Position numbers and translations under genes: made by a program. From Bacteroidales bacterium (GTDB lineage: Bacteria; Bacteroidota; Bacteroidia; Bacteroidales; WCHB1-69): 64,000 bases of DNA. This document shows positions 19,360-27,400 of this stretch, in pieces (position 1 is the first letter of the stretch; every line of letters starts with the position of its first letter). Location of the stretch: contig JBGUYY010000086.1 of NCBI GenBank assembly GCA_045222555.1, positions 46,390-110,389 of the forward strand. The letters run 5' to 3'. The notes under the pieces are model-generated. The model was not told the DNA's origin, made no database searches, and was given only the letters and a program-made list of their open reading frames with translations.

Positions 19360-19914
19360 TTATTGAACATCAGTAACTTCTATTGTCATTGCCAGACTCA
19401 CCTTGCCGCGGATCCGCTCGCCGTCGCCAGCAACCCCATAGCCCAAGAAAGAGGGGATCACCACATGAGCCTTGCCGCCTTTCCGCAGCGATTTCACCGC
19501 CTCGTTCAACCCTGCCACCTCGTCCGATTTGTCCACCTTGAAAACTTTGGGCCCCAGCTTACGGGAAGTATACACCGTGTCACCCGTCAGAAGGCAAGTA
19601 GTATATTCCAGTGTCACAACATCTTCCGATTGAATCTCCTGGCCACTCCCCTCTTCCAGCACCTCCACACGCAGTCCGTTGCCACACCGCTCAGCCTTCC
19701 AGCCATAGCGTTTGATGAAAAAGTCGATGTCCTCATCCTCACGGGCCGCATTCACACTGTTCCAATCCATTGCAGCCTCACCCCCCTTCTTCTGGTGCGA
19801 CTTGGCCTCAAACTCCGCATACTTGTCATCGACGGTGCCAGAGCTTTTCTTCTCCCCACACCCACACAACGCAAAAAAGAGTGCAAAAACAATGATGAGC
19901 AGCCCTCTATTCAT
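19360..19914 (-). CDS. FKBP-type peptidyl-prolyl cis-trans isomerase lipoprotein (GldI-like)
   Basis: 184 aa. Lipobox ALCGC. FKBP core GDTVYTSRKLGPKVFKVDKSDEVAGLNEAVKSLRKGGKAHVVIPSFLGYG. It lies immediately upstream of gldD. Confidence 0.8.
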   Translation of the reverse strand: MNRGLLIIVFALFFALCGCGEKKSSGTVDDKYAEFEAKSHQKKGGEAAMDWNSVNAAREDEDIDFFIKRYGWKAERCGNGLRVEVLEEGSGQEIQSEDVVTLEYTTCLLTGDTVYTSRKLGPKVFKVDKSDEVAGLNEAVKSLRKGGKAHVVIPSFLGYGVAGDGERIRGKVSLAMTIEVTDVQ

Positions 19915-20954
19915 TATTCAAAATTTTCCGGACTTAAAATCTCACGGTACTCTTTCATCACTTTTTCAAAATACTTCAGCGTATTTTCCAAGGTATCATA
20001 CCAAAACGCTGCCGATGCATTCTTGTGGCCGCCGCCATTGAAATGCTTGCGGGCAAACTGGTTGACATCGAAATTGCCTTTTGAGCGGAAAGAGACACGG
20101 ATACGATCTTCGCGTTCGGTGAAGAAAGCCGTGAACTGAATTCCTTTCAAAGAAAGTCCATAATTGACAAAACCTTCCGTATCGCCCACCACATATCCAT
20201 TCTCCTTCAAATCTTTCATGGTCAGGTACATATAGGTCGTTGAAATCGGGCGCATCACCTTGAGTCTTTGCGACAAACATAGGCCGAGCAGCTTGATACG
20301 GCTCTCGTTGTAATTGTCGTACACCCTGCGGTGGATAGACTCACCATCAATCCCTTTCTTCATCAACTCTGCAATGATGTTGTAGGTTTTGGGATTGTTG
20401 CACATGTAACTGAGAGAGCCCGTATCAGTAATCATACCCACATAGATGCAAGCAGCAACATCTTTGGTGATTTTTTCCTTGGAATCAGCAATTTTTGAAA
20501 GAAACTGATACACCAGCTCACAAGTTGAGGTGGTCTTCGTGGTAGAAAACATCACATCGCAATCAATAACTGGTGATAAATGATGGTCTATCAGTACCTT
20601 GAAAGCTTTGCTATTCACTATAGGAGGTTCGAGGGCATTGCCGCTGCGGTGCGAAGCATTCATATCCACCACAAACAGCATGTCGGCATCGGCCAATGCT
20701 CGCTGGGCTTTCTTCATGGCCCGCTCGGCAATAATCACCTTCTCCATCCCCGGCATCCAGCAGAGGAAAGCGGAAACCGGATTCGGCAACACCACGGTGA
20801 CCTCATAGCCTTCACGAATAAAATATTGGTAAAGGGCTAAAGAGGACCCTACGGCATCCCCATCGGGATTAAAATGCGAAATGATGGCAATCTTACGGGT
20901 GGTTTTCAGCTTTTCAGCCACCTTCCCGATCTTAGCAGAAGTGAACAGACTCAT
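19914..20954 (-). CDS. nrnA: DHH/DHHA1 phosphoesterase (NrnA-like oligoribonuclease/pAp phosphatase)
   Basis: 346 aa. Motifs SHFNPDGDAVGS, VVDMN, DHH (LIDHHLS) and a C-terminal GGGHKNA. Confidence 0.85.
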   Translation of the reverse strand: MSLFTSAKIGKVAEKLKTTRKIAIISHFNPDGDAVGSSLALYQYFIREGYEVTVVLPNPVSAFLCWMPGMEKVIIAERAMKKAQRALADADMLFVVDMNASHRSGNALEPPIVNSKAFKVLIDHHLSPVIDCDVMFSTTKTTSTCELVYQFLSKIADSKEKITKDVAACIYVGMITDTGSLSYMCNNPKTYNIIAELMKKGIDGESIHRRVYDNYNESRIKLLGLCLSQRLKVMRPISTTYMYLTMKDLKENGYVVGDTEGFVNYGLSLKGIQFTAFFTEREDRIRVSFRSKGNFDVNQFARKHFNGGGHKNASAAFWYDTLENTLKYFEKVMKEYREILSPENFE

Positions 20955-20974
20955 TATCGTACATTAAGAAAGTG

Positions 20975-20982
20975 CAAAAATA
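20975..20982 (-). promoter_or_regulatory. Bacteroidetes -7 promoter element (TAnnTTTG)
   Basis: TATTTTTG, 20 nt upstream of the nrnA-like ATG. It probably drives nrnA-FKBP-gldD-gldB. Confidence 0.55.
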
Positions 20983-21043
20983 CGACTTTTTCATGGGTTA
21001 AACGAAAATTTCGGCAAAAAATTGGCTATTATCAAATTTATAG

Positions 21044-21051
21044 TATCTTTG
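21044..21051 (+). promoter_or_regulatory. Bacteroidetes -7 promoter element (TAnnTTTG)
   Basis: TATCTTTG, 21 nt upstream of the trimmed Omp85-like start (21073). Confidence 0.55.
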
Positions 21052-21072
21052 CAAATCTTAAAAAAACTTAAA

Positions 21073-22539
21073 ATGAAATTAGTCCGCTACGCATTAATAA
21101 TCATTTTATCTATTTGTTTTTCTGGAATTTATGCTTCAGAAAATGATAGTTTGAAAATCGTTTCAGAGCAGCAGGAGTTAGCCAAAGGGAAACCAAAAAA
21201 AGAAAAAGATCCAGACCGGAAACGCACAGGATGGACCTTCGGAATCCTGCCGAGCGTGGCCTACGACGCCGACCTGGGTTTCCAATACGGTGCACTCACC
21301 AACATCTACTATTTCGGTGATGGAAGCACTTATCCTGAATACCTGCACTCGATTTATGCAGAAGCCGCCTATACCACCCGCAACTACGGACTTTTCCGCC
21401 TGTCGTATGACTCCAAATACGCCATCCCCAACCACCGTCTCACCGTTGACCTCGTTTATATGCCCGATGCCATGTGCGACTTCTACGGCTACAACGGCTA
21501 TACCACCCTCTACCACAACGAATGGCGTGATTCCAAGCATTTTACCGCAGAAGAAGGCTATAAGAGCCGTGCCTTTTACAAGATGAAACGCGATCTCTTT
21601 CGGGCCGCCGCCGACATACAAGGTCCCATCGGCGGCAATTGGTACTGGAACGGCGGAGTGGGCTTCCTTGGCTACCTCATCAACTCGGTGGACATCGACA
21701 TGCTCAACAGAGGGAAGAAGCCCGCCAAGCAACTGCCCGACATCCCCGGCCTGTACGACAAATACGTGCAGTGGGGGCTCATCGGTGCCAACGAGAAGAA
21801 TGGCGGCATGCACCCCTACCTGCGCGGCGGCATCACCTACGACAGCCGCGACCGCCAGACCAACCCCACCCACGGCATCTACGCCGACGCCTTCCTCACC
21901 TACTCCGCAGGTTTCAACACCCAGAAGTTCGGCGACCAACGCGAGTTCAACAACCTGCGCTTCAACTTCACCTTCCGCCACTATGTGCCAATCTACCAAG
22001 ACTATGTCGCCTTTGCCTACCGACTCGCCGCCCAGCTGACCGTGGCCGGACACAGCCCCTTCTATATGAACAGCTACTGGAATACCCTCTATATACAACG
22101 CGTTCTGTATGAGGGACTTGGTGGATGCAATACCCTGCGCGGCCTCCTGCGCAACCGCGTGCTGGCCGACGGCTTCGCCTTCGCCAACCTCGAGTTCCGC
22201 TTCAAAGTGTGCAAGTTCCACGTCAAAAAAGAGAACTTCTACATCGGACTCAACCCCTTCCTCGATGCCGGCATGGTGCTTCAACCCTACGACATCGACG
22301 AGAACGAGCTACGGAAAAACATCGCCACCAGCGACCCCGACTTCGACCTCAACGAACTGTCCGACTACTTTAACTTCGACAAGAAAGCCATCTACCGGCC
22401 ACACCTCTCCGCCGGTCTCGGCCTGAAGATCGCCATGAACGACAACTTCGTGCTGTCGGTGGACTGGGCCGTACCCTTCAATAAGCAGGACAATGCCAGC
22501 ATGGCCAATCTCTACGTGAAAATCGGTTATATGTTCTAA
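21073..22539 (+). CDS. Omp85/BamA-family (bacterial surface antigen) outer-membrane beta-barrel protein without POTRA repeats
   Basis: Start trimmed to MKLVRYALIIILSICFSGIYA. The sequence shows an alternating beta-strand pattern and ends in the aromatic YVKIGYMF. Confidence 0.65.
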   Translation: MKLVRYALIIILSICFSGIYASENDSLKIVSEQQELAKGKPKKEKDPDRKRTGWTFGILPSVAYDADLGFQYGALTNIYYFGDGSTYPEYLHSIYAEAAYTTRNYGLFRLSYDSKYAIPNHRLTVDLVYMPDAMCDFYGYNGYTTLYHNEWRDSKHFTAEEGYKSRAFYKMKRDLFRAAADIQGPIGGNWYWNGGVGFLGYLINSVDIDMLNRGKKPAKQLPDIPGLYDKYVQWGLIGANEKNGGMHPYLRGGITYDSRDRQTNPTHGIYADAFLTYSAGFNTQKFGDQREFNNLRFNFTFRHYVPIYQDYVAFAYRLAAQLTVAGHSPFYMNSYWNTLYIQRVLYEGLGGCNTLRGLLRNRVLADGFAFANLEFRFKVCKFHVKKENFYIGLNPFLDAGMVLQPYDIDENELRKNIATSDPDFDLNELSDYFNFDKKAIYRPHLSAGLGLKIAMNDNFVLSVDWAVPFNKQDNASMANLYVKIGYMF

Positions 22540-22557
22540 CAACAAAAACCTCGTATC

Positions 22558-23730
22558 ATGAAAGTCGCGCTTATCACCGCCGGATATTTCATCTTCCCCA
22601 TCATTATCATCATGTTGTTCAGCCGCTACAAGTGGGCGAAGGCAGCGGGCACCGTCATCCTTGCCTACGCGGTGGGCATCATCCCCGCCCTCTTCGGCCT
22701 CACCCACTTCGAGGAGGGCAGCACGGGACTCAGCATCCAGAAGATGATCATGAACATCACCGTGCCCATCGCCATCCCGCTGATGCTCTTCAACTGCAAT
22801 TTCAAACTGTGGACCAAATCGTTGCCAAAGACCGCAGCGGCCCTCGGCGGCGGGCTCATCGCCGTGCTGACAGCCATCATCAGCGGATTCTTCATCTTCC
22901 GTCACGCCGGCATCAACGACATCACTAATGTATCGGCCATGATGACTGGCATCTACACCGGCGGCACCATGAACTTCAACGCCCTCGGTGCGGCATTGCA
23001 CGTGGACTCCACCACCATCGCCACCGTGCTGGCCTTCGAGATGGTCGTCACCTTCCCCGTCATCATGTTCATCGTGGGCGGCGGATACAAGCTGTTCCGC
23101 AAGCTCCTGCCCTACCACGACGAGAGCACCTCCGAGCAGACCGATGCCGGCAGCGACCTCGACCACGGCATCGAGCAATACGGCGCCCTGCTGAAAGGCC
23201 GTGTCTTCCTGCGCTCGCTCATCGGACTCGCCATCTCCATCGGCTTCCTCGCCATCGGCGCAGGCCTGTCACTGCTTATCACCGGCGGCCTCAACGAGCT
23301 GGTCATCATCCTCACCATCACCACACTCTCCATCATCGCCTCCTTCTCCAAAAAAATCCGCGAGATCCCCAAAACCTTCGAGTTGGGTATGTTCTTCATC
23401 CTCGTTTTCAGCGTGGTGGTGGCTTCACAATTCGACATCCAGACCCTCAACAGCGGGGCATTGGCCATCGGCGGATTCCTGCTGTTCATCGTGGTAGTGG
23501 CCACCCTGCTGCACCTGCTCTTCTGCCGCATCTTCAAGGTCAGCGGCGATCTCTTCTGCGTCGCCCTGGTGGCCCTGCTCTGCTCCCCGCCGTTCGTGCC
23601 GCCCGTCGTCGGCGCCATGGGCAACAAAAAAGTGCTCATCAGCGGCATCGTCATCGGACTCATCGGCTACGCCATCGGCACCTACATCGGTGTGGCGCTC
23701 GCCTACGGACTGGGAGCCTTAGTGGGGTAA
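22558..23730 (+). CDS. DUF819-like polytopic membrane protein
   Basis: 390 aa with about 10-12 hydrophobic segments and an internal two-fold organisation. The family call is from memory only. Confidence 0.5.
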   Translation: MKVALITAGYFIFPIIIIMLFSRYKWAKAAGTVILAYAVGIIPALFGLTHFEEGSTGLSIQKMIMNITVPIAIPLMLFNCNFKLWTKSLPKTAAALGGGLIAVLTAIISGFFIFRHAGINDITNVSAMMTGIYTGGTMNFNALGAALHVDSTTIATVLAFEMVVTFPVIMFIVGGGYKLFRKLLPYHDESTSEQTDAGSDLDHGIEQYGALLKGRVFLRSLIGLAISIGFLAIGAGLSLLITGGLNELVIILTITTLSIIASFSKKIREIPKTFELGMFFILVFSVVVASQFDIQTLNSGALAIGGFLLFIVVVATLLHLLFCRIFKVSGDLFCVALVALLCSPPFVPPVVGAMGNKKVLISGIVIGLIGYAIGTYIGVALAYGLGALVG

Positions 23731-23775
23731 GCTAAAGCTCAACATTTCTTTTCCTTGGCATTTCCATATTTTTTG

Positions 23776-23783
23776 TATATTTG
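23776..23783 (+). promoter_or_regulatory. Bacteroidetes -7 promoter element (TAnnTTTG)
   Basis: TATATTTG, 65 nt upstream of the lipoprotein gene at 23849. It probably drives lipoprotein, C1-like protein and MBOAT together. Confidence 0.55.
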
Positions 23784-23848
23784 CAAATGATAAAAAAAGA
23801 AATGTCATTTTATAACTATTTGATAATCAATAATTAATAATTTATATT

Positions 23849-24487
23849 ATGAAAAAAATCATCTTATCCGCCACTCTTTTTGTAGGGATGGCCGTCCTGT
23901 TAACCGCCTGCACCGGCAATCTCATGCAAGATATGTTTAACTTGGTTTCTGGTCATGCCTCCAGTACCGTTAGAGGGAGTGAAACCGAAGAGTATGATTC
24001 GAGCATTGCGATGAATCTCAATGAAATAGAACACCCATGCACCATGGGGCTCTCTATGTCAATGGATGTGGATGAACTGCAGAGCATCAGCAGCGAAGAG
24101 GATATTGAGTTCCCCTTTATGGTGTATCGTTTGGTAGGCTCGAAGTTTACCTCTGGTTCAGACCTCACGGTCAACAATGTGCTGACGGCGGAAGATCTTG
24201 AGGACTTTGATTACAGAAGTCTGATCAATGGAAGATTCGCTGAAAACAATGTCGTGGCCGTAGCCGTAAGTTCCACCCAATATTATGTGATGAGCACGGG
24301 CAACATCCATCTGAAAAAAGTGAACAACAACAAGGTGGTGGGCAATTTTTCAGGTAGCGCCTACGTGATTGATATTGAAGCCGAACCCAAGTTGTCGGAA
24401 GAGCAGGTGAGCTTCTCTGGTGATTTCAAGAGCCGTGTGATTCCGGTGATGGATTGGCTTGTTCGTTTGCAGGATAGTATCCAATAA
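23849..24487 (+). CDS. hypothetical lipoprotein
   Basis: 212 aa. Lipobox LLTAC. The C-terminal half contains GNIHLKKVNNNKVVGNFSGSAYV...VSFSGDFKS (a beta-barrel-like G-x-F-S-G repeat). It ends 11 nt before the C1-like gene. Confidence 0.6.
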   Translation: MKKIILSATLFVGMAVLLTACTGNLMQDMFNLVSGHASSTVRGSETEEYDSSIAMNLNEIEHPCTMGLSMSMDVDELQSISSEEDIEFPFMVYRLVGSKFTSGSDLTVNNVLTAEDLEDFDYRSLINGRFAENNVVAVAVSSTQYYVMSTGNIHLKKVNNNKVVGNFSGSAYVIDIEAEPKLSEEQVSFSGDFKSRVIPVMDWLVRLQDSIQ

Positions 24488-24498
24488 TAATTTTAGAA

Positions 24499-27400
24499 AT
24501 GAAAAAATCGCTGATTCTTTGGCTGTTAGGAATTCTGCCGTTGTGCTTGTTGGGCCAGCAGGTAGAGATATTGAACCACACCTATAGTCAGGTGGAGAAT
24601 ATTCTGACCCCAGAGGATGAGGCGATGCTGCGGGCTTGTCCGGTGCTGAAGTTGGACGCCCAACAGCTGGCGCGTCCGCTGCCCTCCGAGGTTGACAATT
24701 CGCTGCTTCCGTATATGACTCCGATTTATAGTCAATCGGCGTTGGAGTGCGGTCAGGCATCCAGCATTGCTTACACATTTTCTTACGAAATCAACTGCCG
24801 TAGGGGCACCAACAACGATAACTTCAACCGCCGCTACCCAACCCATTTCGCATGGAATTTCTGTAATGGCGGTGCCAGTGCTGGTGTGAGTTTTTTGGAC
24901 ACATGGGAAGTGATTCGCACGGCAGGCACCCCCAACGTGTCCGACTGGGGCGGCTGGTACAGCACGGGCGGCCCCACCCGATGGGCTTCCGGCTACAACC
25001 TCTATTACAAGGCGATGCAGAACCGTATCGTGGAGTTCCTCGCCATCCCTACCGACTCGGAAGAGGGACTGTTGACCCTGAAACACTGGATCGACAACCA
25101 CCTTTGCGGTGATGAACATGGCGGTTTGGCCAACTTCTACTCCACCCATGTGCCCAATGGCAATGAGGAGATGCTGCGCCAGATTCCAGAAGGCACTCCA
25201 CACGCCGGAATGTGGATCGTTCCCAACTTCAAATCCAACGTCAACCACGGACAGACCATCGTCGGCTACGACGACTCCATCTGCTGGGACTACAACGGCG
25301 ACGGCCTATACACCAACGACCGCGACCTCAACAGTGACGGCGTGGTCGATATCCGCGACTGGGAGGTCGGCGCAGTCATCTTCTGCAACTCCTTCGGCAC
25401 GGGTTTCGCCAATGAGGGTTACTGCTATTTGCCCTATCGCAAACTGGCTGAGTTGCCCGCCAACGGCGGCATCTGGAACAAGTGCGTCTATGTGGTGAAC
25501 GTGAAAGATCAGGTGAGTCCGAGACTTACTTATAAAGTGACGATTGACCATACCTGCCGCAACAAAATCAAACTGCAGGCCGGTGTATCTACCAACTTGA
25601 ACGCCACCCAGCCCGACCATACCATCGACTGGGCCGTGTTCAACTACCAGGGTGGAGAGCATTACATGCAGGGCGATTCCACCGACGAGCAGCGCGTCCT
25701 TGAACTCGGACTGGATGTGAGCCGCCTGCTCGAGTTTATCGAACCCGGTCAATCGGCCAAATTTTTCCTGCAAGTTATTGAAGATGACCCTAATGGAACA
25801 GCTGACGGACAGGTAGTCGATTTTGCTTTGTTGGATTATAACGGCTCTATTCTGCCGGTTCAAACCGTCTGCTCGGATGCGAATGTGCCGCTGGTGAACA
25901 ATGGCACTACCACGCTTTCGGTGGTGAGTAGCATCAATTTCTCCCGTCCGCAGATGCAGCCCAACCCACCGGTCATGGAGGCCTTCACCGACTTCCAATA
26001 TCAGATTCCTGTGACAGGCGGCAATGCGCCTTATCGGTTTGAGTTCACCAAAGAGTACGGTATTGAGGAATTTGCTGAGTCGATGCCGACGGCTACCGGT
26101 TCAAATGTGTCTCTCTCCAATACCAATAATGGCTATGCATTGGTGAATTTGCCATTTGAATTTCCTTATTATGATGAAAAATACAGCCAGCTCTGCATCT
26201 ATGCCGATGGCTATATGAGTTTCCGATATGATACCTACAACTGGCCTTTCCTCAAAGACCCAGAACAGCAAATTAAGGCCACTCAGATGATTGCACCTTT
26301 CCGTGCAGATCTCGTTGTGACGAGTGTGAAGAAGAGTCAGAGTTCGTCGGAGGTGACGATCTTTGTGCAGGCGAAAATCAACGGACAGAGTTCGAGCAAC
26401 ATCTCCTACGCCGTCAAACTCTATCCTGATGGTGTAATTGAATTTTACTATGGTTCAATGAGTTATACGGGTAATGGCGGTCTTTCCCTTCTTTCGCGTG
26501 GCGATACTCGTATTTACCAGAAAACTCCCGTTTCGGAGGGCACTGCCGCACAGTTCGCCAACCGTTGTTTCCGTTTCACTCCGCCGCAGAGGGTCGATTT
26601 CTTGCAGCTGAGCCGCGATGGTGTGCTGTCGGGCATGTCAGAAACGGCCTTCACCCACCTGCCGGTGCCCGTCACCTGTTTCGACATCAACGACCAGCGG
26701 CACGATACCCTTGTCTATCTCAGTTGTGAGTATGGCAATATGCTGGTGATTACCGATATGCATGTGGATGCAGGCGGAGATGAGGTAATTACTGCCGGTG
26801 AGGAAGTGACCTTGTCGTTCACTGTTAGGAATCTCGACACTATCCCGTATGCGGATTGCTTTTTGCGCTTCAGCACCCCGTGTCCCTATGTGGAGATGGT
26901 TGACGATAACGAGTATTTCGGTTATATTGGCGGCGGCAACGCCTACACGCTCAACCATGCTATCCGTTTCAGGACAGCACCCGGAACGCCCAATATGACC
27001 ATCGCCGACTTTGTGGTCACCCTCTCCAACGACCACTATCCGATGACGACCGTGATGCCGTTCACTATCTATTCTAACTGGTTGGAGGTGGTGTCGTATG
27101 CCGTTTTGGACGGCGGCAACCATCGGGTGGATGCCAACGAGATTGATACCCTGCATGTATGGTTCAAGAATGCAGGCCCAGAAACCCTCACCGATCTGAT
27201 GTTCGAGATGCGGCTGCAAGAGGAACATATTGTCCCATTGGATTTTCGTGATGACTTTTCTTTGTTGGAGCCGGGTGAAATCAGGATGGCCGAGTTTGTG
27301 TTCCGCACGGATGCACAATACCAGACACTCAGCGCGTTGGATGTGCTGATTGATGTTTATTCAGGGCTTCAGTACAGCGATACCAGGGTTATTACCTTGA

